Below, piece by piece: positions 26,181 through 38,390 of a stretch of DNA of 64,000 nucleotides; positions within the stretch are counted from its first letter, which is position 1; every line of letters starts with the position of its first letter. The DNA is taken from positions 37,262,001-37,326,000 of the forward strand of contig NC_043002.1 in the NCBI RefSeq assembly GCF_006345805.1. The letters run 5' to 3'. The notes under the pieces are model-generated. The model was not told where the DNA came from, did not search any database, and worked only from the letters and a program-made list of their open reading frames with translations. This DNA comes from Octopus sinensis (lineage: Eukaryota). The position numbers and the translations under genes are program-made.

Positions 26181-26602
26181 GGATTCATTAATTTTGTCAC
26201 ATAATTATTGAGTTGAATTATACCAATTAATATCAAAGATTAGTCTTTTATTGAGACACAATATTCTAGGCCTGCATTATCCAATGTGCTATTGTTTGTT
26301 ATGAGGATTTGCTTGCTATTCTAGCAGATTGTGTACATAGATAGGGGTTCCTAAAACAGATCATTGTAGTACAGTGTTTTGATATTGTTGGTGTGGTTAT
26401 GGTTTAGTCTTGGATCAGTCATGTTCATTCATTATATGTGTGTACATGTAATTGTTTAGCTGAAAAGCAGTTGATGATTAGAAAAATGAAGGGTATCATG
26501 ATGTAAAACAATACCTCATTAATAATGTCCATCTATCCAATGCCTGCATGTAAAACAAATGAATTAATATCTATGCATATGTGTATATCCATCTATACAT
26601 GC

Positions 26603-26652
<50 letters not shown>

Positions 26653-27167
26653 CCCTCTCCCTCATTGTCGGAGAGGCACAAGCACCTACACGTACCTATA
26701 CACACACGGCAGTAACTTCCGTCTACCAAATTCAATCACAAAGCTTCGGTTGGCCCCAGGATTATAGCAGAAGACACTCACCCAAAGTGCCACGTGCTGG
26801 GGCTGAACCCGAAACCATGTAGCTAGGAAGAAAGCTCCCTAACCACACAGCCATGTCTGGGCCTACAAAATGTATGTACATATGCACAGCGCTAAGCATG
26901 TGGCAAGTTTTCTACAGCCGGATGCCCTTCCTGACGCCAACCCCCACCTGTTGCCAAGCGAGGTATATGTATATATACATATATATATATATACATACAT
27001 ACATGTATATACATATATATATATATATATGTATATACATATGTACATAATTACACACACACATACATGTGTGCATATAGGTGTTTGTGAGTCTCTCTCT
27101 TTCTCTCTCTATGTGTGTGTGTATGTGTCTGTGCATGGGTATGTATGCTTATGTATATATATGTATG

Positions 27168-27199
<32 letters not shown>

Positions 27200-27760
27200 A
27201 CTACACACACAGACATTTGTATATATGCATATTGCGCATCCATCATGTTATGTACACATACATACATGCCTATACACAAATCTTATGCACAGATTACTCT
27301 CACAAAACTGTATTTGAAATTTTGTTGATAAACTTGAACTTTTCACATTTCACATAGTAAGCAAATGAGATCACTAATTCAAAAACATTGCATAGGTGTT
27401 TATCTCTGGCAAATTGTTGGCACCTGTGCATTAGCTATGATTTATATTAGCTACGTAAGTGGCAAGTATAAGCAAAAACTATGTAACCAATTCCATTACA
27501 AGTTAAATCTGAAGAATACCCTAGAACTAAAAAGAGAGATGTGTGCTGTGTTTGTGGCAACTGGAATACAGAGTTTGTTGTTGAATCTAATGTTTAGCCT
27601 AGACCCATATCAACCAGAACATAGCAGACCCATAATCAACATGTGTTTATGTATGTATTTTATGTATATATAAACATATATATGAATTGATAAAAAGTGT
27701 TTTTTTTTTCTAATTGATATATATATATGTATGATATATGTATGTGTATATATATATATA

Positions 27761-27808
<48 letters not shown>

Positions 27809-27905
27809 TACTAGTTGAGGATTCTAGCTCGCTCTGATACTGAGTTGAGTTGGTGCCTTCTAGTATCTCAAAATTCAATATATAATCATTTATGATTATA
27901 GTATT

Positions 27906-28004
27906 CTACGCTGAAGAGAAAAGAAGTTTTTGGTAAGATAGAATTATTTAATATTTAATTCTTATGCTTTCCTAAAGACTTGATTTCGAAACGTACGTCC
28001 GTAG
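27906..28004 (+). ncRNA. Type I hammerhead ribozyme, unit 1
   Basis: CTACG-CTGAAGA-[70-nt hairpin]-GAAA-CGTACG-TC-CGTAG; predicted cleavage after C27999. Confidence 0.85.
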
Positions 28005-28498
28005 ATAACTTAAAATTGTATGATAGATTGCCGTCAATTCATTCTCTCTTACCTGTTTGTGTCTGCCTTCCAATTGCTGTTTTTACTGAGATCTCCCTTT
28101 TTAGTAGAAGAAATAGCTATAACTCTTTGACTGCTATTTCTAATTCGGTATGTGGTAAGGCAATTCGTTGCTAAACCCTTTATTGCTTAGTATTACTTAA
28201 ATTTTCCTCGAATGAGGCTTTTACATGCCGAAGACTACTTGGTGTAATTGATAATTATTCCAAATTAATTAATTTCACCCTTCATTATTACGGATAACCA
28301 TATTTTATCTCAGTAGATGACCACAGCATCTTGTTTTGGCTACACGTGGGTGGGAAGGGGCTGGTGACACAATCTTTCCATTCACACATTGAATTTGGTG
28401 ATACTAGTTGCGGATTCTAGCTCACTCTGATACTGAGTTGAGTTGGTGCCTTCTAGTATCTCAAAATTCAATATATAATCATTTATGATTATAGTATT

Positions 28499-28597
28499 CT
28501 ACGCTGAAGAGAAAAGAAGTTTTTGGTAAGATAGAATTATTTAATATATAATTCTTATGCTTTCCTAAAAACTTGATTTCGAAACGTACGTCCGTAG
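28499..28597 (+). ncRNA. Type I hammerhead ribozyme, unit 2
   Basis: Same motif, shifted by 593 bp. Confidence 0.85.
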
Positions 28598-29087
28598 ATA
28601 ACTTAAAATTGTATGATAGATTGCCGTCAATTCATTCTCTCTTACCTGTTTGTGTCTGCCTTCCAATTGCTGTTTTTACTGAGATCTCCCTTTTTAGTAG
28701 AAGAAATAGCTATAACTCTTTGACTGCTATTTCTAATTCGGTATGTGGTAAGGCAATTCGTTGCTAAACCCTTTATTGCTTAGTATTACTTAAATTTTCC
28801 TCGAATGAGGCTTTTACATGCCGAAGACTACTTGGTGTATTTGATAATTATTCCAAATTAATTAATTTCACCCTTCATTATTACGGATAACCATATTTTA
28901 TCTCAGTAGATGACCACAGCATCTTGTTTTGGCTACACGCAGGTGGGAAGGGGCTGGTGACACAATCTTTCCATTCACCATGAATTTGGTGATACTAGTT
29001 GGGATTCTAGCTCACTCTGATACTGAGTTGAGTTGGTGCCTTCTAGTATCTCAAAATTCAATATATAATCATTTATGATATAGTATT

Positions 29088-29185
29088 CTACGCTGAAGAG
29101 AAAAGAAGTTTTTGGTAAGATAGAATTATTTAATATATAATTCTTATGCTTTCCTAAAAACTTGATTCGAAACGTACGTCCGTAG
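29088..29185 (+). ncRNA. Type I hammerhead ribozyme, unit 3
   Basis: Same motif, with a 1-nt deletion at the base of stem II. Confidence 0.8.
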
Positions 29186-29680
29186 ATAACTTAAAATTGT
29201 ATGATAGATTGCCGTCAATTCATTCTCTCTTACCTGTTTGTGTCTGCCTTCCAATTGCTGGTTTTACTGAGATCTCCCTTTTTAGTAGAAGAAATAGCTA
29301 TAACTCTTTGACTGCTATTTCTAAATTCGGTATGTGGTAAGGCAATTCGTTGCTAAACCCTTTATTGCTTAGTATTACTTAAATTTTCCTCGAATGAGGC
29401 TTTTACATGCCGAAGACTACTTGGTGTATTTGATAATTATTCCAAATTAATTAATTTCACCCTTCATTATTACGGATAACCATATTTTATCTCAGTAGAT
29501 GACCACAGCATCTTGTTTTGGCTACACGCAGGTGGGAAGGGGCTGGTGACACAATCTTTCCATTCACACATTGAATTTGGTGATACTAGTTGCGGATTCT
29601 AGCTCGCTCTGATACTGAGTTGAGTTGGTGCCTTCTAGTATCTCAAAATTCAATATATAATCATTTATAATTATAGTATT

Positions 29681-29779
29681 CTACGCTGAAGAGAAAAGAA
29701 GTTTTTGGTAAGATAGAATTATTTAATATTTAATTCTTATGCTTTCCTAAAGACTTGATTTCGAAACGTACGTCCGTAG
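29681..29779 (+). ncRNA. Type I hammerhead ribozyme, unit 4
   Basis: Same motif. Confidence 0.85.
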
Positions 29780-29964
29780 ATAACTTAAAATGTATGATAG
29801 ATTGCCGTCAATTCATTCTCTCTTACCTGTTTGTGTCTGCCTTCCAATTGCTGTTTTTACTGAGATCTCCCTTTTTAGTAGAAGAAATAGCTATAAATCT
29901 TTGACTGCTATTTCTAAATTCGGTATGTGGTAAGGCAATTCGTTGCTAAACCCTTTATTGCTTA

Positions 29965-30006
<42 letters not shown>

Positions 30007-30059
30007 ATATATATATGTATATATAAATATATGTATATATAAATATGCAACAATGACGA

Positions 30060-30665
30060 AGGCTGAGACTTTTGGCATTATTCTGTGCTTGAGAACATCC
30101 ACCAAGCCAAGTGGCACTTCTGGCAGATACCGTTGTCATGCAAATGGCACCTGTGCTGGTGGAATGTAAAAGCACCCATTACACTCTTAGAGTCTGGTGC
30201 AGTCTTCCAGTTTACCAGAATGGTCAAATCGTCCAACCCATACCAGCATGGATAACAGATGCTAAAAGATGAGAATGAGAATATATATATATATATATAT
30301 ATCCTTCCTTTTGAGTGATGGGCCTCCCGGAGGAAAATGACCAATACCTTTGGCATTATGTTGTGCCTGTGAAGAAGATCCATCAAGCCAAGCAAAATTG
30401 CAGTTGCAGCAGATACCGGTGTCATGCAAATTGGCACCTGTGCTGGTGTCATGTAAACACACTCGGGTGTTGCGCAAATGGCATCCATGCCAATGGCATG
30501 TAACAGTAACCATTACACACTTGGAGTGGTTGGTGTTAGGAAGAGCATCCAGCCATAGGAAACCATGCCAAGTCAGACTGGAGCCTGGTGCAGCCTTCCA
30601 ACATGCCATCCCAGTCAAACTGTCTAACCATTGCCAGCATAGACAACAGACATTAAATGATGATG
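30060..30665 (+). mobile_element. Two family C elements (repeat units plus RTE-like middle and tail)
   Basis: GGCACCTGTGCTGGTGG..TGTAAAAGCACC units, GGTTGGTGTTAGGAAGAGCATCCAGC, CCAGCATGGA...(GAT)n tail. Confidence 0.75.
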
Positions 30666-30674
30666 ATATATATG

Positions 30675-30744
<70 letters not shown>

Positions 30745-31207
30745 TATATATATGTATGTATATATATATATGTATATATATATGTATGTGTGTGTATATC
30801 ATCATCGTTTAACGTCCGCTTTCCATGCTAGCATGGGTCCCCGTAACTTAGCATTTCTACAAAAGTAACCAATAAAGTTAAAAAAACCAGACTGTTAAAA
30901 AAAAAAAAACAACTTAAAAGATAAGTACCAAAGTTGATATCAGCTAAATCTCTTCTAGGCAGTGTTCTAGCATGGCTGAAGCTAGAAAGAGGTAAAAGGT
31001 AAAAATTATATATGTGGAGCTAAGTATTTCTATGCCTGAGTTTTTGGACCTAGGTACTGCAAAACATAAACTACAGTACTGTTTTTAGATAGGTATAAAT
31101 ATACACACACAGGTATATATCTGTTTATCAATCTCTCTATTTATCCATTCATTCATCAATCCATATGTGTGTGAGTGTGACTGTGAGTTGTGTGCATGTG
31201 CATGTGA

Positions 31208-31267
<60 letters not shown>

Positions 31268-31734
31268 ATGTATGCATCAACATATATGCAGATAGGAAAA
31301 AATAAAGAACTTGAATATGTTTACCTTAACATCACTGACGCAGCAACATATTCTCTGCCTCTACAATTCTGAAAGTTCTCTCTGTTCCAGACTAGTATGT
31401 GATATGTGTATGTATGTGTGTATATATAAAACAAAAATAATAATGATTAAAAAAAAAGGCATACACACATGCGCACAAACAAACAAAAGGGAACGCAGTG
31501 TAAATAACGGACAGAGTCAAGACTATTGAAAAGGTTGCAAGACGCAACGAAAATTTTAGAAAATAAAAATAAGAAATAAGTGGAAATTTTACCGGTGAGT
31601 GTGTTATATTATAAGGCACTAAAAGAGAATGACTCCCCCCAGACACAATAGAATATGCTTCAACACATGAACTCATATAAAGAATCTCACAAACCAAATC
31701 CCAAAACGAAATATATATATATATATATATAAAT

Positions 31735-32085
31735 CCCCAAAATGGAACAAGAATGTAATGGACAACAATGGAAACACACAGACAGATGGACGATACAAAG
31801 ACGGACAGGAAAACCAGGATGGAATATTTGTGGTGCTCTATTCATAAATCAAGTTTCCAATTATCACTGCAGTTTCAGCCTGTTACACTTGAGACTGTTC
31901 GAAATTGATAGGACCCAAAAAGCTCAGCTAAGGGCATTAAAGTTTTGGAAGAAAGCCGGTGAATATGTGCGACAACACGGACAAAAAAAATAAAAACGAG
32001 AAAATGGAGAAAATGTTTCATGATTACAAATACAAACAACAAGAATAACAACGAGTGTCTTTCGACTAAAAGGACAAATTAAGTT
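31735..32085 (-). repeat. (TA)n-associated repeat with hammerhead-like fold, possible Penelope pLTR; truncated relative at 32541-32688
   Basis: Shares GGACGATACAAAGA...GGAAAACCAGGA...TTCCAATTATCACT with 32541-32688; minus strand has GAAACTGCAGT palindrome. Confidence 0.55.
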
Positions 32086-33109
32086 AAGCTGGCATGTGAA
32101 GTGGAAGCCCTATGGCAACAAACATAGATGAAAGTCAGGAGACAGGAAAGTAAGGTGTTGTGTGAGCGGTGTTCAGGCCAAGAAAGAAAGATCATGCTTG
32201 GCCAAGCACCAGTCACATGGGAGGAACAGAGAGAGGTAGGAGGCAGAGGGATTGAAGAATTAGGGAAGGAACTAGAGGGAGAGACAGAGAGGGAAAGGTA
32301 CAAGGAAGATAACAGAGGAAAGTAGAGAGAGATTAAAGAAAGAGAATGCCAAGAAATGTGAGAGGGGCAGTAAGAAAAGGAAAATGGAAGGGAAGAGAAT
32401 GGAAAGAAAGTGAGAGAGGGTGAGTGAAAAAATGAGAAAAAGAAAAGAGGAAAGAAATAAGAAAGTCGTACAGAATTTAGATATATACTTACTTACAAGC
32501 TGAGCAAAAGGTGTATGTATGCCACTATATGTATATATAAATCCCAAAAATAGAACAAGAACCTAACAGATGACAATGAAAACATATGGACAGATGGACG
32601 ATACAAAGATGGACAGGAAAACCAGGACAGAACATTCGTGGCTTTCTATTCATTAGTCGAGCTTCCAATTATCACTACAGTTTCGGCCTATATATGTGTA
32701 TGCATATATATATATATATAATATATATATATATGCATTTATATATATTTATATATATATGTGTGTATATATGTGTATATATATGTGTATATATGTGTAT
32801 ATATATATGTGTGTATGTATATATTTATATATGTGTGTGTTTATATATGTATATATAATCATGATCATGATGATCATCATCATCATCATTTAATGTCTGT
32901 TTTCCATGTTGGCATGGGTTGGATGTTTTTTTTCGTAGGGGCTGGAAAGTTAGAAGACTGTGTGAAGCTCAACTGTTCGCTTTTGCATTTTACATGCCAC
33001 ATAAAAAAGACCCAGAATATGAGAGAGAAGTGGTGGAGATACACATATATACATGTGTGTGTGTGTATGCATGCATAAATACATACATACATACACACAT
33101 ATATACATA

Positions 33110-33540
33110 TTATTTTATTCTTTTACTTGTTTCAGTTATTTTGACTGTGGCCATGCTGGAGTACCACCTTTTATTTGAAGATAGCGACTTATTCTTTGTA
33201 AGCCTGGTACTTATTCTATTGGTCTTATTTGCCAAACTGCTAAGTTATGAGGATGTAAACACACCAAGATCGGTTATCAAGTGATGATGTAGAGACAAAC
33301 ACAGATGCAAACACAGATACAAACACATATGCACACACACACACACACACACACATTCACAATTCTTTCAGTTTCTGTCTACCTTATCCACTCATAAGGC
33401 TTGGTTGGCCTGAGGTTATAGTAGAAGACACTTGCCTAAGGGGCCACACAGTGAGACTGAACCTGGTACCATGTGGTTGGGAAGCAATCTTCTTACCACA
33501 CAGCCACATCTGCACCTTCTTACCACACAGCCATGCCTAC
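33110..33540 (-). mobile_element. SINE family B, full length
   Basis: TTTTACTTGTTTCAGT...GAAGACACTTGCCTAAGG...TTACCACACAGCCA. Confidence 0.85.
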
Positions 33541-35149
33541 ATACACATATATATGCATGCACTTATATATATCTATATGTATTTTTCACTGATACATGTA
33601 TATTGATGAAAGATGTAAAGATACATAGTCTTTGTGAATAAAAATAAAAATGTGATGCTTTCAAAGTATAATACATTATATCTATTTGTTCCTATCCACC
33701 CAAATTGGCGAATTGGCCCAGCAATCCTTTGTCTCTCTCTTTCTCCATTAAAATTCCAGTGAGCTAGCAATTGTCTCATTTTATACCTGGAAGCAATAAC
33801 ACGCTGTTCACAAAAATGCGATAGAAAATGCAAAAATGAATAAATAAGGAACTAAAAAGCCTTTTGCAATATGTTCATATAAAGAAGGATTATAATAGGA
33901 TTCCATTCTGGTTTTGTCTGATGGTGAATAATAAGAAGAGATAAATGGTACATAAGAATAATTCATGTGTCACAGCACAGTGAATGTTGTTGCATTCTAG
34001 ACTGAATCGAAGGAAATACTACTCACCAACACCTGCTATTCTTTGGCTCATCAACAAGCCATCTCTTCACTCTAGTTTCTGTACTACAACTGTAGTGGCC
34101 TTTGCTTCTCTGAGCTGGCTGGTTAACCCCATGTTTACCTCTCTTAGACATTCTTATTTCACTCATCTCTTCTCTTCCTATCACTTATATCACTGCCCAC
34201 CCCAGGCTTTTTTTCTTTAATCATTATACCCAGCACCCAGTCCTTCCTCTAAACAAGGTTGTCACCTATGAGTGAGTGGACAATCTAAAGAAAGTGGAAT
34301 TCAACACATGTAGTTGGAGTTACATATATTATTTAAAAACAGTTTGGTTCAGCTCCATGGAACTTAGGTAGCCTAAGCCTGATGTGGTTCATTTGATGAA
34401 CCCACAAAAAGTTGCATAGAGCCAAATAACCATCATCATTAATGCTTTAATTTTCATTTTTTCATGCTGGGCACAGACTGACAAGTTTATAACATCAATT
34501 ACGTCACCTTTTATTTCAACCTCTTCATATTTTGGAAGCCAAACATCGTAAGGTTTCACATCACTTGACCATTTCCTCTACATAATTCATTGTTCTATTC
34601 CATAACATACCTATGTTAATTCACCTGCATGCATTGGCTAAATTTTACAACACTTAACTGTCACTCAGGTGTTACTTTTTCTACACCTTTCATTCAGATT
34701 TACCTTGTACTTTTAGCAAATCATTCTCACCTCATCTGTTTTCTTCTCCTGTTCCTTCATTGCTATCATAACTATGCTTTCTCTTTCGTTACATCATCTA
34801 AGTGATGAACAACCCCTGGTGACTTCTTTGATAAATGCCATGCCTTTAAAAGGTGAGATGTATTATTGCCATCCTTCTGGTAAATTTTTTACAAGGCATC
34901 ATGTTGTTGGCTAGACATAGACAAATTCATCAGAGGTACCTGGGAACTCAGAATGTAAAGAACCTATACAAATATTGCAAAATATTTTGTCTGATGGTCT
35001 ATCAATTCCTCTAAGCTACTATCCTGGCTTGACAGTTTATTTTAAAGATCCAGAAGAATGAACAATAAATTGACTTTGGTAGCATATGAACTCAGGACAT
35101 AAAGAGGCAACAAATGCCTCAAAGAATTCTATCACCAGCTGACACTTGC

Positions 35150-35382
35150 TGGTGATACATCGAAAAGGCCAGGGAACAGAAGAAAGAAGAAGAAAGAAGA
35201 CATGCACCCAACACCAGAGCTGAAGACACTACCAAAAGGAAAGGGGAGGGTCCTGCCATGTCAAAACGGTAAAGGAGTAGGGGCTGAAACTGGACGTGGT
35301 TCCTCTTGATGATGTCTTGAGCTAACTGGATCCCATAAAGGAGCTGTTGTGGTAGCAGACCGTGAAACACGGTTGTAATTCC
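35150..35382 (+). repeat. Dispersed ~215-230-bp element, copy 2 of 2
   Basis: Homologous to 13896-14110; appears to interrupt a decayed family A SINE. Confidence 0.85.
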
Positions 35383-35482
35383 TCCTCTGATGCCATAGCA
35401 ATTCTGCTAATTTACCCAATACGTTTTCCTGCAGCCAACTTAGTAGTAATTAGTACTCTAATATTAATTAGTAAATCAGTAT

Positions 35483-35862
35483 TTGTTTCAAATGTTGGTT
35501 CAAAGCCAGCAATTTTGAGGCAGTGGGTAAGTCAATAGCATCGGCCCCAGTGCTCAACTGGTACTTGTTTTAAACGACACCATAAGGATCAAAGGCAAAA
35601 TTGACACGAGCATGATTTGAACTTGAAACATAAAGCTGGATGAAATACCTCTAAATCAGTTAATATTCTTTTCTACTCTAGGGGAGGGGGTGCAGTGGAT
35701 TAGATCGACACCAGTACGCAACTGGTACTTAATCTATTGACTCCCGAGAGGATGAAAAGCAAAGTCGACTCAGCGGAATTTGAACTCAGAATGTAAAGAC
35801 AGATGAAATACTGCTAAGCATTTCGCCTGGCATGCTAACGTTTCTGCCAGCTTGCTGCCTAT
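35483..35862 (-). mobile_element. Family A SINE inserted at the head of an older family A SINE
   Basis: TSD TAAATCAGTTAATATT at about 35652 and 35862. Confidence 0.8.
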
Positions 35863-36329
35863 AAATCAGTTAATATTAATTAATAAAAACAGTTAAAATC
35901 AGAAGCATCCAGTGACCTTTTGCTTTAGTAAATACTGCAGTGAGGAAGCGGGGAAGACTAACATTTTTGACAGAACTTTTAATTGGTAACAGAGAGAGAG
36001 AAAGAGAGGGGGAGAGAGGGAGGGAGAGAAGAAATGTTTACTTGAGTTACAGGTAAAATTTATTTATTTTGCAGCATCAGTAAACATCTGATTCCTTTCC
36101 AGCAAGGGGTTCTGTGCAAAACATTAAGTTCTTCTTTCTCACAACATAAAATTTATTCCACTGCTTGAACTCTTGTTAAAACTAATTAGTTCACCTAGCT
36201 AACATACACTATCAAATAGATCTACTCAGCTGTCTGGGAATTTCACAGAGTAAATCTAATATTAACTACCCCTGCTCCTTAATTTGGTGTTCCTACTGTT
36301 TACTATTTTTGTGCATGTCATAATCATTA

Positions 36330-36645
36330 TCATCATCATCGTTTAACATCCGTTTTCCGTGCTAGCATGGGTTGGACGGTTCAATCGGCATCTGGGAAGC
36401 CAGGAGGCTGCACCAGGCTCCAGTCTGATCTAGCAGTGTTTCTACAGCTGGATGCCCTTCCTAACGCCAACCACTCCATGAGTGTAGTGGGTGCTTTTTA
36501 CGTGCCAACAGAGGCTGGCATCGGCCATGTTCGGATGGTGCTTTTTACGTGCCACTGGCACAGAAGCCAGTCAAGGCAGCGCTGGCATCAGCCACGTTCG
36601 GATAGTGCTTTTTATGTGCCACCGGCACAGGTATCACAACTATAA
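36330..36645 (-). mobile_element. Family C element
   Basis: CATCATCGTTTAAC...GCATGGGTTGGACGG...GGATGCCCTTCCTAACGCCAACC plus three GTGCTTTTTACGTGCCA-type units. Confidence 0.85.
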
Positions 36646-36889
36646 TATTAAAATACCTTGTTCGCTGTTTGTCTGATATTAAAGATTTCACTGCCACATT
36701 TGTATAGACAATATTTTTAGTGAGTTTGCATTATTGATAACAGATCTATCTCCTTAACATATCAAGTAAGGCTACTTCTTTGCTAGTGCTCATGTACACA
36801 TGTTTTGTATTCTTGGTTTGCTAACTGGCACTTTAAATTTTGTCCTGTTGATCTTTAGGTGTCTGTACTGTTAAAGGTGTTTTTACAGA

Positions 36890-37290
36890 TCTTTTATTTT
36901 TTACTTGTTTCAGTCATTAGACTGTGGCCATGCTGGGGCACTGCCTTGAAGCAATTCTAGTTAAATGAATCGACACTAGTACTTAATTCTATTTTAAGCC
37001 TGGTACTTACTCAATTGGTCTCTTTTGCTGAACCACTAGGTTACAGTGACATAAACACAACACCAGTTGTCAAGCAGTGATGGGAGACTCCTCAGACACA
37101 AAGACACACACACACGCGCGCGATGAGCTTCTTTCTGTTTCCATCTACCAAATCCACTTACAAGGTTTTGGTTAGCCCAAGGCTATAGTTGAAGACACTT
37201 ACCCAAGGTGTCACACAGTGAGACTGAACCTGGAACCATGTGGTTAGGAAGCAAGCTTCTTACCACACAGACACACAACCACACCTAGGT
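36890..37290 (-). mobile_element. SINE family B, full length
   Basis: Reverse complement of family B. Confidence 0.85.
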
Positions 37291-37454
37291 TTACAAAGAT
37301 TTTTCAATTCTTTTAAGAGAATTAACCAATTATTTCAATACACATGTATACACACACACCTACACACATACACAGATATATTAAAACAAACATGCATGTG
37401 GACGCACATGCACTAAAATACATGTACATATACATATTCCACCAGAGGTCCAGT

Positions 37455-37735
37455 TGATCAAACCATACACAAGGGCTCCTGTGCTGGTGGTACATAATAA
37501 ACACCATCTGAACATGATCACTGCTAGGCCTGCCCGATTGACTCCTGTGCCAGAGGCACATAAAGAGCATCCACTACACTTTTCAAGTGGTTGACCTCAG
37601 GAAGGGCATCCAGTTGTAGAAAATCACCAGATCAGATTCAAGCATGGCGCAACCACTGGCTCTCCAGACCTCTGTCAAACCGTCAAACCCATGCTAGCAT
37701 GGAAAATGGACATTAAACGATGATGATGATGACGA
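37455..37735 (+). mobile_element. Family C element
   Basis: Two units, AGGAAGGGCATCCAG, CCCATGCTAGCATGG, (GAT)n tail. Confidence 0.8.
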
Positions 37736-37835
37736 TGTTCACAGCTGAGGGTGGAGTTAGGGATCCGTATTAGGCTTCTGAGTTAGCAGGTATATATTGT
37801 ATTAGAGGAAAAGATTTTTCAAACATACTCACCTT

Positions 37836-37911
37836 GTCTTAGATGATGGAAAACCCAATGTACAGACAGGTTAACCTATCACTTGGGATATCTCAGAAAC
37901 AGCTGTAAGAC
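37836..37911 (+). ncRNA. Degenerate type I hammerhead (core mutated)
   Basis: GTCT-TAGATGA-[CCCAA...TTGGG hairpin]-GAAA-CAGCTG-TA-AGAC. Confidence 0.55.
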
Positions 37912-38012
37912 TTCAAATTCACCTTACCCTCTTTAAATATTCTAAATGATTTGAGATACCTGTTCTACCTTGGTGTTTGTTGTCCTTTTTCTTTTAATAT
38001 ATATATATATAT

Positions 38013-38044
<32 letters not shown>

Positions 38045-38054
38045 TATCCCATCG

Positions 38055-38390
38055 TCATTGTCGTTTAACATCCGCTTTCCATGCTGGCTTAGGTTGGACA
38101 GTTTAACAAGACTGGCAAGCCAGGAGGTTGCACTGAGCTCCAATCTGTTTTGTCAAGATTTCTGCAGCTGGATACCCTTCCTAGCGCGAACCACTCCAAG
38201 AGTATAGTGGGTGCTTTTTACATGCCACTGGCATGGGGGTCAATCAGGCAGCACCAGCATCGACCATGCTCGAATAGTACTTTTTATGTGCCACTGGCAC
38301 ATGAGGCAGTCCAGCAGCACTGACATTGACCATGCCCATATGGTACTTTTTACATGCCACCAGCATGGGAGCCAATCTGGCAGCACCAGA
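38055..38390 (-). mobile_element. Family C element with 3 tandem units
   Basis: Same structure as 36330-36645. Confidence 0.85.

Larger units (their letters stand above)
27807..29967 (+). mobile_element. ~593-bp x 3.65 tandem array with one hammerhead per unit (retrozyme / Penelope pLTR-like)
   Basis: Units start at 27807, 28400, 28991 and 29582; near-identical; (TA)n on both flanks; no recognisable protein. Confidence 0.85.

Noticed and set aside
27980-28767. Identical 64-aa ORFs (MISKRTSVDN...) in array units 1 and 2
   Set aside because: TTG start, no recognisable domain, overlaps the ribozyme cleavage site and is broken in units 3 and 4; identity just reflects the repeat
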